Shown here: in pieces, positions 31,867 through 42,680 of the stretch | Numbering within the stretch: the first letter of the stretch is position 1 | How the letters are laid out: every line of letters starts with the position of its first letter | Assembly (NCBI GenBank): GCA_000091205.1 | Contig: AP006497.2 | Reading direction: 5' to 3' (one strand) | Source of the DNA: Cyanidioschyzon merolae | Taxonomy: Eukaryota | Length of the DNA: 64,000 bases | Translations under genes and position numbers: made by a program | The notes under the pieces: model-generated | Told to the model about the DNA's origin: nothing | Seen by the model: the letters and a program-made list of their open reading frames with translations, nothing else | Databases searched by the model: none

Positions 31867-33135
31867 CTATGCAGGACGTGTTCGTCGGAAATACCACCAG
31901 CACACGGATGCACCAGTGTACGCACAGGACGCGAGAACCCCCAGCAGACCCGTGAAATAAACAATCCGCTCGGTATGCTCCATCAGAATCGCGCGCGTCT
32001 CATACCAGCGTCGGGGATGTTTGAGCGCTCCTGCCGTAGCGCTTGTGGGTGGAAAAGTGTCGCTCGCCATGCGCGCTGCAACGACGTGTGCACCACGCAG
32101 GCCGAGGTCCTCGGCGAGCACCACTTTCACGGGAATGCGCCGCAAGATCGTGCTCACACGTCCTTTTTCCCGGAAACGCTTCAGAAAATCCGACTTGCCT
32201 TCCTGGAGCCATTCGAGGTTTTTAGGAGCTATTCCGCCCGCAATATAGAGACCACTAAACGGTAGGTATTTGAGCGCTGCGTTCCCGCACTCGGTACCGT
32301 AGATATCCATCATCATACGCATCGCCTGCGCGCAAAGGCCACACTCGTACACGTAGCGAGCGATGGTTGCAGCGCCATCATTCGATTCTAGGATGGATTT
32401 ATCGATACTTGGTTGCACTTTTTCGGGGTACTTTTCCCGCAGGAATTCATAAATGTTGACGAGTCCTCGTCCGCTGACGACGCGTTCCACAGAGACCCTA
32501 TGGCCGCTGTCACCGAACTTGTTTCGCAAGTACTGCAGAAGCTCCAACTCTAGTTCCGTTATTGGCGCAAAATCTACATGACCTCCCTCGGTCGCGTGTG
32601 CCTCATAGTGCCACACGGTGGATCCCTGACCCGACACATCCGGCTGGGCGCACGCAGTGAGGTAGCACTCCCCGAGACCAGTGCCGGCTCCGACACAAGC
32701 TTTTGGCTCACCAGCACTCGGCTCGCCACGCTGCAAGACATAACACTCGTCTGGCTCCCTCAACGTGAGCAGTCCGTACCCGTTCGAAACAAAATCGTTC
32801 AAGAAACGGACGCGATCAATATGGAACGCGTCTCGCAACTCATTCGCATCCAGAATCCACTGCTGTCGGTTCGTGAACGAGACCCGGTCGGCGACGACAG
32901 GTCCCGCTACCGCAAGGCACATAGCAGCGATATAGAAGGAGGCATCGTTGAGGTGTGCACGCGCTTCCTGCACGAAAGTGTCCAGTACATCGTGGAAGCG
33001 GGAAAACTGCTCGTTCCTATACGATGTTCTGTGGACGCACGGCTGAGCGCAGACATCATCCGAGTCTGTCGCATCGAATATCGCTAGGCGAGCATTCGTG
33101 CCCCCTATATCACCTGTCACAATTAACTTGCGCAT
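31867..33135 (-). CDS. glk: Bacterial-type glucokinase (Glk / ROK-unrelated family) with a C-terminal hydrophobic tail. The ORF is open further upstream, to 33684.
   Basis: MRKLIVTGDIGGTNARLAIFD (cf. bacterial Glk LVGDVGGTNARFAL) is followed by a glucokinase-fold body: GAGTGLGECYL and the LYIAGGIAPKN region. The C-terminus carries about 25 hydrophobic residues, IVYFTGLLGVLASCAYTGASVCWWYF, followed by RRTRPA. The 183 codons upstream of this Met are open and may be an N-terminal extension or the 5'UTR. Confidence 0.8.
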   Translation of the reverse strand: MRKLIVTGDIGGTNARLAIFDATDSDDVCAQPCVHRTSYRNEQFSRFHDVLDTFVQEARAHLNDASFYIAAMCLAVAGPVVADRVSFTNRQQWILDANELRDAFHIDRVRFLNDFVSNGYGLLTLREPDECYVLQRGEPSAGEPKACVGAGTGLGECYLTACAQPDVSGQGSTVWHYEAHATEGGHVDFAPITELELELLQYLRNKFGDSGHRVSVERVVSGRGLVNIYEFLREKYPEKVQPSIDKSILESNDGAATIARYVYECGLCAQAMRMMMDIYGTECGNAALKYLPFSGLYIAGGIAPKNLEWLQEGKSDFLKRFREKGRVSTILRRIPVKVVLAEDLGLRGAHVVAARMASDTFPPTSATAGALKHPRRWYETRAILMEHTERIVYFTGLLGVLASCAYTGASVCWWYFRRTRPA

Positions 33136-36100
33136 TCCTAAAGCATGAGCCGGTAGGTTTGCAGGCACGAGCGCTCTTGCCGCAGCCGCAAAGCGATAGC
33201 GGTATTCGCAATCGCGTACAAGGTTCGTGTGGTGACGCCAGACCGGCGTCGCTTGTCGTTGCCGCACATCCCTGCTGCAACGACAAGTCCGTACAATGAC
33301 GCAGATATTTTGGTTTGAAAGAATGTTTATATGGACTATGGATATCCAGATTGCGGGGCGGGTATTGGCTTCTGGGCAAGCGTCCATTAAACTGGACCCT
33401 ACCTCCAAGTTCCATAACTTGTACTTTCTTTCGGATGCACTGATCGGTTCGAACGTTCTATCAGACGCCGAGTACCCGCATTGAGCTCCTGTCTTTGCGC
33501 TTCTACCGTTGGAGTCGATGCATCCCGAAGACAGAGCGACTTTACCATACCACTGAAGGGCGTCGGCTCGAGATGTCGTGTACCCGACGCCAGGTCGTAT
33601 CTCGTTGTATGTTCGTGCTTGGAGAGACTGTGCAACAGGCCTGCTTTCGCGGCCTTTCGCGTTAGCGCAACCTAGCTCATACAAAGAATTCTGAATACCG
33701 AGTCACCGACTCGCAGTATTGTGTCGAATACGTCGTCGGTTCGTGTAGCGGGCCTGTGCTCGGCAAACACCGGTAATGAGTGCACGAATCGACGAACCCG
33801 CGCGCTCATCTGGTTTGCCGGACCCCCGTCCTGATATGTAGAAGGAGAGTTTCGTATCCACTAGTGAGTGATGTCGTTCGTATAAAGCGATGTCAGGTGC
33901 CAGGGCTGCACGCGATGTGAACGAGCGCCCTTATCAACTACATGTACATGTAGAGGATGCAGTCACGCACGGAGATCGCTTCGTTCCTGCTGCCAGCTTG
34001 GACAGCGTAAGCATAAACCTGTCAGAATGACGGCAGTTGCGTTCCAGCAGCAGGTTCACTGTGGTCCCCAGTGAATATCTAGTGTTTCGACACGGTATAG
34101 AGCCGAGGCTAACCACATCCCACGGATCCGCTCTTTGGTGCACGAATGAGTCCCTCTGGTACGAGCCGCGGACTTGAGCCTGCAGGCATGCTCACAAATT
34201 TTGAGACATTCATGTCATTCCACTTTCTTCTCAATGCTCGTATCAGCATAGAATTCTCGTCATATACGAGACCCCGGATACTGTAATCTTTATTTCGCAT
34301 TAGGGCGTTTGTGTTCCGGGATGAAACTGAAGGTTTGTTGTCTCTGCGCTATGATTTGCATTTTCTGTCGCGCGATGAAACGGTGCAAGTCGTTGACTTC
34401 TTCTGACTCTGGTCTTCGACAGCTCCGGAATGTTGCGGCACTCGTTGTCGTGATTGTTCCATGTGGTGCCTCATCTGGGAGCGTCTTCCCGGCATCCTCC
34501 ACGCTCTCAGTGCAGCACGCTGTCGATCGGAGAAGTATATGACCTTCTTTCAGTTTCGTTCGTTTCTTCATTGGTGATGGCCCTCGTCGTTATCACTTTC
34601 AAGTTCGTATGTCGACTTGCGCAACGAGTACACGCTTTCGACGTCCGGCATTCGCAGATGTCCACCACACGCACATGCAGTATTTCTGTAAACTTCTGTG
34701 TGGTCGCTTTCTATGCGCTGCATTTACGACGGGATATCGGACGCATGGCTACTGCACCCCAGTTTACGAACCAGATGACCGTCTTTTCGCCACTCGGCAT
34801 CAGAGGAGAATGCAGATCGCCTAGATTGCATTCTGGTCAAACGAGTGACGCAGAGCACCTCAGCTGCTGGTCTCCAGAACGAGCTCTGTGTTTCAGTTAT
34901 TCAGGGAGAACGCTCAAATTCGCTCGCATATGAGTATTGTCGCCTGAAATCGTCTTTTCGCAAATGGTGAGACGAGCAGTACCATCCTCTGTCTGTTGCC
35001 TCTCTTTTTGTGTTTTCTTCGCGCTGTAAACGAACCTCGCCTGGTGGTCCTCTCTTCTGCTGCTGGAATGACGCGTCTCTGACTCCGGACTAGAGTCTGA
35101 AAAGGTAAATTCGACGTCTGAAAAACCCGGGTCCACGCGTACGAATCTTTGGTTATCTTCCAGAATGCGGAAGACTTTCGTTGTCTCCGTTCTCGCCTAG
35201 AGATATTCGGCGATGCTCGAGGTTGAACCCTGACATCGTACCCGTGCGAGAGAAAACGGAAACAGAATTGACTGTCTATGGCTTCAGCAGCTTTGATATT
35301 GGAGTTTTTCTGGTAAACCTTCCTGTTCGTTGACTTACTCCATTTCATTTCGTTCTTTTCCTACTCATGATTTCATGGTGAGGTGGAGTTCCCATGACAC
35401 CCGAGAAACTGAAAGAAACGTAACCAATTGTGAAGCCAAGCATCCTCGGGCGGGAGAGCGAACGTCTTGGACGGCGTGTACCTCTTCTGCCTTATGAATC
35501 CCGTTCTCGCCAGGTATTCGCAGTGTTGACACCCTCTTCCAACGATTTCGTAGTACAGAGAAAATGCGAAACGTGTCGGAGACGAATGCTTCAGTCAGAG
35601 AGAATCCTTCGAGGGAATTCGTCTCCTCAAGTCTGCCGCGAGCTCGACAGCCAATTTCATCTTCGGTTTTCATTGGCGATCACTTCCGGTGAAATAGGAC
35701 GTCGAACTTTCGAACGATCCGGCGGGTGCCGCACAGACAAGCTCTCTCTCTCTCTCTCGAAACGCCCTCGATTTAGTTACCATGCATCAGCTTGACTTAA
35801 TGAACGACACGAAACCCGATATTCATCAGGACGTGATTCGTTTCTGCCGTCGCCATCGTGATGGGAAGCTCCACGTGCATCTGCGTCATTCCAAAGAGAT
35901 ACGCCTTCATTGACGCTCACTGTTCGTGCCCTTCGGTTTCTTCTTCATTTCGTCCGGGTTACAAAGCACCGAATTCATCAACGCTTAACCTGAGACTCGA
36001 GCTGATACTTTTCCTGCAGTTGTTTCGGTGCCTCTTGAAACAAGCGATGACACAAGCGTAAGAAAGTTCTCATTCAGGGAAGGCAGCACGTTTTTGGGAG

Positions 36101-36764
36101 CGTTGCTCGCCCATGCTCTCGCTTTCTCGCGTGAGCGTCCTCTAGGCGTCTGTCACAAGGGAAACAAACGAGCGTGTGCCTGGCGTCAAAGGTCGCGAAA
36201 GAGAATTCTCAAAAAGTAGCAGTTCGTCAGAGCGTCTGGCTCGCTTTCCACTCCTTTGACGAGGATAGCTTCATAAGGAAGACGGAGGCTTTATCCGTTG
36301 AGGATGACGTTCCTCGAGGAAACAGCTCAGCTTCAAACTTCAGATGCGAAATTTTCCTTGCGTTACTGCTTCCCGTTCTCTCCCCGCGGTTAACTCGGAC
36401 GCTGCATCTCTCCTGCGCACCAGAGGATGCCGTACCCTTATCCAAACAGAATCATTTCGGTGTTCTCGTTGAAAAGCACCTTCGACCGCTGATTCAATAG
36501 AAACCCCCTGAAAGATCCGAAGCACCTCTGTCTTGCACCAGAAGAGACGTCCCTGTTTCAGCGCAGCGCTACGCGATGCACGGGTTGCATCCATCGCGCT
36601 CCGGCGCATGCGCGATCGATAGCGCCCAGTACTCGTGAAGCGTTCAACGCAACGTTCGTTATCCGGCAAGGCAAGGCAAGGCAAGGCCGGTACACTCCAG
36701 AGCACGATACGTGAGTTTTCAATAGAACATACTCCACATCCTTCAGATAGAGGTCAAGAGAAGC

Positions 36765-37955
36765 ATGGCGCTTGTTGCTGCGGGTTTTCGTACAGTGGTG
36801 CAGCGACGCTTTGGTAGCGCGCAAGCTGCAGCCGCTGCTGCAACAGAGTTCTTTTACGAACGAAACGGACCAGTCGACACAGTTCTAAAACGAAGATCCA
36901 TCGAAGACTCATCGTCGGGGAAGGCCCTGCCGCGGAACGCAGCTCGCGTCGAACTGCTCGCTTTTCCGCTGACGCCCTTTGATGTCGCAGCGATCGAGCG
37001 CGGCTATCGAAGCACGGGAGTGGCGGGTGTTCAAGGCATCGCCCGTGTTACAGCCGCGGCACCAGAGACCCCGTTCCAAGTGGGTGACCTGGTGTTGGCG
37101 TTGCCAGCGATGCCTGGCACCTGGCGTGATCACGCAACGGTGCCGAACGCGAGCGAAGCGTTCGTCGCTGTTCCCGCAACCTTGCGTCGTGCAATCGAGG
37201 ACAAAGTTCCCGGTATGCTTGAAAGAGCGGCAACTTTACTAGGGGCACCTGCAATGGCTTATAGGCTTCTGGAGGAGCATGGCATCCAACCCGGTGAAAC
37301 CATCCTGCTGAACGATGCCGATGGTGCGGTGGGGCTCGCCCTGGTGCAGCTCGCCAACATGCGCGGTATCAAGACGGTTTCCCTTGTCGATGATGAGATT
37401 CCCGAGGATGAATTACCACCTGAAGGCCATGTCGAATCCTATGCGGTGGTCGCTGAGCGTATTAAAGCACTCGGCAGCGATGTTGTGGTCAGCAGCTCAT
37501 TTGCCCGTCAGACGGCCACTTTTCGTGAATTAGTTTCTGAGCTTGCTGGTAATCGTGGTATGCCGCGTGTCGCTTTTAACGGATCAGGTGGTGCTTCGGC
37601 AAGGCAATTGATATCCTGTCTGCGACCGCATGGAACCCTGGTGACGTACAGTGGTCGCCGCGCTACCCAGCCCTTGGTCATTCCAACAAGCGCATTCACT
37701 GAATTTCAGCTGAATCTGAAGGGATTCAACCTCATGCTCTGGCTCGAGAATGCACCTCGAGACCAAGTCCAGGCTATGGTTGATGCGCTCGGGCAAGCGA
37801 TGACTCGCGGTGCGCTGACCGGCTGGCTCGAGCGAAAAAGCTTCGCATCCCTCCAGATCACCGACATTGCCACGATCCGATCAGGGACCAGACCTCGCCA
37901 GTTGGTCGCTATCACCGCAGCCGGGCAATCACTGGTCCAGTTAGCTGGGCCCTGA
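36765..37955 (+). CDS. MECR: Mitochondrial trans-2-enoyl-CoA/ACP reductase (MECR/Etr1-like, MDR superfamily), type II fatty-acid synthesis
   Basis: GVAGVQGIARVTAAAP...FQVGDLVLALPAMPGTWRDHATVPNASEAFVAVP matches the MECR substrate-binding region (PGTWR). A Rossmann segment GETILLNDADGAVGLALVQLANMRGIKTV follows. The N-terminus MALVAAGFRTVVQRRFGS is presequence-like. Confidence 0.8.
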   Translation: MALVAAGFRTVVQRRFGSAQAAAAAATEFFYERNGPVDTVLKRRSIEDSSSGKALPRNAARVELLAFPLTPFDVAAIERGYRSTGVAGVQGIARVTAAAPETPFQVGDLVLALPAMPGTWRDHATVPNASEAFVAVPATLRRAIEDKVPGMLERAATLLGAPAMAYRLLEEHGIQPGETILLNDADGAVGLALVQLANMRGIKTVSLVDDEIPEDELPPEGHVESYAVVAERIKALGSDVVVSSSFARQTATFRELVSELAGNRGMPRVAFNGSGGASARQLISCLRPHGTLVTYSGRRATQPLVIPTSAFTEFQLNLKGFNLMLWLENAPRDQVQAMVDALGQAMTRGALTGWLERKSFASLQITDIATIRSGTRPRQLVAITAAGQSLVQLAGP

Positions 37956-39748
37956 ACTTTGGCGATTGGAAGCAGACCCCGGAACTTACCGATGAAGGCT
38001 GTGCGCCTTCGACGGCGCCTTCGTACCGGAGCGCTGCCGTCGCGGAGCGCACCGCAGGTATCAGCAGGTACTGGATGCGTCGTGCATCGAGCGCCCGTCA
38101 CAATGAACGCACAGGTCGAATGAAGGACTCGTAGGAGGCGGCAGCGGCACTGGTGAAGAGCAGCGATCTTCAACGCGGACGCTGTCATCGGCTGGTGGCG
38201 CCCATCGTCTGCCCAAGTTGTGAGCGCGCGCACCGCGACCAGTAGTGCTATACTGATGACACTTTCCCCGCTTTACTCCTTTTCGTACGTGACTGGTGCA
38301 AGCGCGCATGCTCTGGACACGTGCAAGCCGAAATGCCGTAGCCCCCAGCGCACCGCGGAGCTTCGGATCTGGCGTGGCTCTTGAATACGAACGCATCTGG
38401 CATAGCGTCCCATTCTGGGTATTGCCGCGGCTTTATTGCCGCATTGCACATCGTAAGCTGTTCAAACCAGGTAGAGAGGAACCACCTCCGCTTCCAGGAT
38501 GTGTCGAAGGTCGCTGTCTAAAGTGCGTCCCGCTACACTTGGTATGGATACCCGAGTCGTTCGGAATCGTTCGCAGGCAGCAGCCGAGTCTACGCCACCG
38601 TGGAATCCCCCAGCGGGCTAGCGTCCTCAAGTCTACTGATTCATTTCATTTGTGCAAAATTCATGACCGGGTTCGTCCGTGTTGTGAAGATCGTGTATTG
38701 TGAGTCGAACACCGGGTGCGCAGTGTAAAGCGAACGTACCGCGTCAGTCTTACACGGTACCGGGTCGGGGCTAGCCCCTGAAGCGCTGTTTCGCTACGAA
38801 TGACGTTGATCCAGATCCCTCGTCGTTCATCGCAAACAAATACCGCGAATACGACTAGATCGCTGGTAGCGACCAAGGTCAACTTCGCACGCCCGGAAAC
38901 AGCGACCGCACCAGTGACCAGCTGCGACGTTTGGACACGGCTACGGTGCTGCAGCGGTTCCGCGAGTGCCCGCTGTCACCGTTCGAACACCCGAGCGACA
39001 CTTTGAAGACTGCCAGCCGGTTAGCGACACGTCCTGGCAGGAGTGTTCGACGAGCAGCGTTTCACGAGAAGTGAGCTGTCCAATGCTCGGTTTGCTCTAG
39101 TGTTCAGCGCTGCGTGCCGCGGGAAGCGAATGAGGAGCGCGACATCCAGTTTCCCCTGGAATCATTTGAGGCGTCTATGCTTTCCTGTGGAACGAGACTT
39201 CTCCAGTAGGGCGCTCTAGAACTGAAAGAATATACTGAGGTTTTCGTCGTCGCCAGCCTGCATATTCTTGGTGCTCCGGAGCGTAACGGAACGTCAGCAC
39301 CTCCGTCCATGCAGCTGCCTCGCCTCGGGGACGGGCAATCACCAGACAACCCATCGACATGGTCTAATAGTCGGCGTGGCAGTCAGCATACATGCTAAAT
39401 GGCCATGAACTCGAGGTTTTACAGGCACCACGATTCGCAAGTAGGTAGGCTCCGACATCGATACGGTCAACGGCAGTGAACGCTGCATGCTCATATGTGC
39501 CCCGCAGGTTGCACGTTGCAAAACCAGCAGAACCGCAGATACCAGCACGCGTGTATCGAACGACTCCTCATTGGAGTTGAATAAGAACGTAGTATCCGGG
39601 GAGCATTCGTTCCATTACCAACCGCGGATGCTTCCGTGTACGGGCGGTTACCGAACGTGGCCTCTATCGATGCAGCGCAATCGGCACCGTGCCAGGCTGG
39701 ACGCTGGTCGTCCAGTACTCCAGCGGGCGCTGCTCCAGACGGTCTACT

Positions 39749-41467
39749 TCAAACGCACTCTTGGCCGAAATCACGCGTAAAGCGCTCGTATGCTCCTAAA
39801 TCTGCTTTGCTGACAGTCGGCTTGGTATGGAGCAGTACTTCTTCGAAATCACTGTAACGGACATCGGGTACGAGCAGCTTGTCGGCTGGGACGTCGTACA
39901 GGTTCATTTCCACTGCTCCTGGTGCCGCCGGAGAGCACGGCGTCCAGAGTAGCTCTGCAGATGCAGTGTTCGTGAACCGAACACCGCGCGCCGCATTGTT
40001 GTTCGAGGATGTATCTTCGGCACCGCCGTCTCTCTGCAGGGTTCGATGGTGTGGACGCGGCGATACTTGTCGGAAATGCGTCGCCATTTGCAGGCGCCGA
40101 ATCGGCTGCATGATTGCATCACGGACAACGATTTCGATATCCGCACCGCTGTAGCCTTCAGTTACATGGGCAAGGCGCTCGAAATCGCAAGCGCTGAGAC
40201 TATGTGGTGTATCTCCGATGTGAATTTCGAACATTCTCCGACGCGAGCGTTCATCTGGAAGTGGAATGTATATCCGGCGCTCGAACCGCCGTCGAATAGC
40301 CGGATCCAGCTGCCATGGCAAATTGGTGGCGCCCAGTACCAAGACGTGCTTTCCCTCCTTACGAGTCTCATCACCAGTTGAAAGGCCTTCTTGCATCTGC
40401 ACCAAGAATTCTGTTTTGATTCTTCGAGTTGAATCAGAGTCAGATTCGGATCTGCTCGAACAGAGCGCATCCACTTCATCAATAAAGATAATAGAGGGTG
40501 CAGACTCGCGCGCCATTCGAAAGAGTTGTCGAATGAGCTTTTCTGATTCACCCTGCCATTTGCTGACCAGATCTGCAGACGACACGCTGAAAAACGATGC
40601 CGCACTTTCTGTGGCAACAGCCTTTGCAAGGTACGACTTACCGGTGCCCGGTGGGCCGTACAGCAGAATACCACGCCACGGTTCTCTCTTACCGGTAAAA
40701 AGCAACGGTAAGCGCATCGGGAGCACAACCGCTTCCTTCAGTGCCTCTTTCGCGCCGTCTAGACCAGCTACATCATTCCAGCGAACCTGGGGGCGTTCGC
40801 GAACGATCACGGACGCCAGTTGCTGGCGCAGGCGCTCGGTCTCGTCTTTGGTTGGAGCCGAGGCGGCGGTACCCGCTTTCTCAGCACCAGCGCCAGAACC
40901 GCCGCTTCCATCAGCAGGCCCTCTACCGCGGCGTCGCTCTCGAGCTGCTGCTGCTGCTGCTGCTGCTGCTGCCCCGTTCGACTCACCCGAGCCGGTGTGC
41001 GGGCTCAGGGTAGCCGCCGCCGTCGCACCTCCGTTTGTGTACGACTCGCTCTCGAAGGGCAACCCGTCCGCACCGTCGTCGCTCCCCGAGGCCTGTTCAT
41101 AGGCGCCACGCTTCAGCAGCTCCTTAATAGATTCAGCACGTGATATGTACTCACGCACACGAGTCTGTAAGAGCACCCGGGTTCTCTCGGACTTTTCCCA
41201 GCGAATCGCGGTCATCAGGTACTCGATAGCACGAAGATAGTAGTGATACGCCGCCTCAAACGTCTCATGGTCCCGTGTTCTCCGCGCCTCTCGATCAGTT
41301 TGAGTCGCTTTATTCGCGAACTCTATTCCTTTGTCCACAAACGAAGTCATTACGCTTGTAACGCGGAAAGCGTCCCCCAGGCTGCAAGCCCAGGCTTTGG
41401 CAGACAAAAACGCACTGTTTTGCCTGGACAGCACCGCGCGCGCACGCAACGCGCACCCGCTGGCCAT
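39749..41467 (-). CDS. VPS4: Vps4-type AAA ATPase (MIT domain plus AAA plus Vps4 C-terminal domain), ESCRT-III disassembly
   Basis: The MIT domain reads [77 protein letters not shown]. Walker A is [21 protein letters not shown]. Walker B is [10 protein letters not shown], then the SRC/arginine-finger region, and the Vps4 C-terminus ...[11 protein letters not shown]. The linker holds an Ala run from (GCT)n. The probable start is the Met at 41353 (MTSFVDKG). Confidence 0.85.
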   Translation of the reverse strand: MASGCALRARAVLSRQNSAFLSAKAWACSLGDAFRVTSVMTSFVDKGIEFANKATQTDREARRTRDHETFEAAYHYYLRAIEYLMTAIRWEKSERTRVLLQTRVREYISRAESIKELLKRGAYEQASGSDDGADGLPFESESYTNGGATAAATLSPHTGSGESNGAAAAAAAAAARERRRGRGPADGSGGSGAGAEKAGTAASAPTKDETERLRQQLASVIVRERPQVRWNDVAGLDGAKEALKEAVVLPMRLPLLFTGKREPWRGILLYGPPGTGKSYLAKAVATESAASFFSVSSADLVSKWQGESEKLIRQLFRMARESAPSIIFIDEVDALCSSRSESDSDSTRRIKTEFLVQMQEGLSTGDETRKEGKHVLVLGATNLPWQLDPAIRRRFERRIYIPLPDERSRRRMFEIHIGDTPHSLSACDFERLAHVTEGYSGADIEIVVRDAIMQPIRRLQMATHFRQVSPRPHHRTLQRDGGAEDTSSNNNAARGVRFTNTASAELLWTPCSPAAPGAVEMNLYDVPADKLLVPDVRYSDFEEVLLHTKPTVSKADLGAYERFTRDFGQECV

Positions 41468-41974
41468 TGCGATGCGCTGCTGCGCGCGATCATCCGAACG
41501 GGGGTGTGTGTGCGTTTCGCCGGTGTCCAGTGAATATGGGATGCTGTGCTGTTCGTATTGTCCCTATATGTTCAGATATTTGTGGGCGAGTGTTCGTTGT
41601 ACTGTCTCGATTGTACAGGTTCAGAGAAATGGGGCTTGTGGATGCTATAGACGTTTTAGGATGCATGATCGTGTTTGTTTGTTTGTGTTTTGGAGTGATT
41701 TCTCTTCGATGCTTTGTCGCTGACATTCGGAAAGACAGCGGCGTGAAGACGATTCGCGATAAGCTCGAGCTAGGGATCGTGTCATACTGGATATGATGAT
41801 GATGGTGATGCAGGTGCTGCGTACGAGGCTGCACGCTTCTCCATGTGCACGGACGGCGAGCGCTAGTCATGCATATTTCAGGTTTCGGATCTTGCCGATC
41901 CAAGGCAAGTCGTGTGCGCAGCACACGGTGCAGTTGTTGATGGACAAGGTCGAATAGTCATCGATGTGGTTTCT

Positions 41975-42680
41975 TGGCGATTTGCTCATCAGCTTGGTCC
42001 GGATATTCACTGAAGGTGTCGCGTGAAATGATCGATTCCGTTCGGAAGATAAATCTTCCTCTCTTTGTGGCCTTGAATGAAACGATTTTCGACGCTAGTG
42101 TGATATCTTTTATGGGATGCAATCGTGGAGGCTCCGATCTTTACTGTTTGCATGAAAAAGGGTCTTGAACTCGGGCTTGCGTCATTGGAGCGATAGGTTA
42201 CAGTGAAGTGCGCGTCGCAGCGTGTAACGAAGCGAACACAGGCGGATGGAGATTGTCGTATTCCCTTCCAGCTTGGATTCTTCTTTCAGTGTTTGTTTTA
42301 TCATGGACAACAGTGCATGGAAACCATCGATCGATTGGAGCAGCTTGTAAAGCGGCATGTGACGAAGCGAGCACTGGCGAATGGACTTTGGTCGTATTCC
42401 TCTTCAGCTTGGATTCTTCTTTCAGTGTTTGTTTTATCATGGACAACGATTCATGCAAACCATTCATCGAATGGAGTGTCGAGCGCTCATATGGCCGGTA
42501 GCCAGCGCACTCGCCGAAGGGGTCGCCCGGAACAATGCCGTATTCGTACGATACGGCACTGGGTGCATAGACGGTGTAGAGCATCTAGAAGAGCCCTATG
42601 GAGGCCTCAAGAGCATGTACCAAGCTATGAAGCAAGCGCTCACGAGCGACGGGGCGGCTCCTGGAGAAAGAGTTGTGGTG
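41975..42680. repeat. Dispersed repeat, copy A, internally repetitive (137-bp tandem duplication plus an inverted internal motif)
   Basis: The two copies are about 75% identical by eye: 42001-42180 matches the reverse complement of 54780-54960 (catgaaaaagggtcttgaactcgggcttgc against catgaaacagggtcttggagtcggatttgg). Within copy A, cgtattcccttccagcttggattcttctttcagtgtttgttttatcatggacaac is repeated in tandem about 137 bp later. Its reverse complement (atgaagcaagcgctc) recurs at about 42610. Confidence 0.6.

Noticed and set aside
40266-41102. 278-aa plus-strand ORF antisense to Vps4
   Set aside because: Antisense to a gene with unambiguous MIT/AAA motifs. S/R/A/P-rich, includes the mirror of the (GCT)n tract. 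Artefact.
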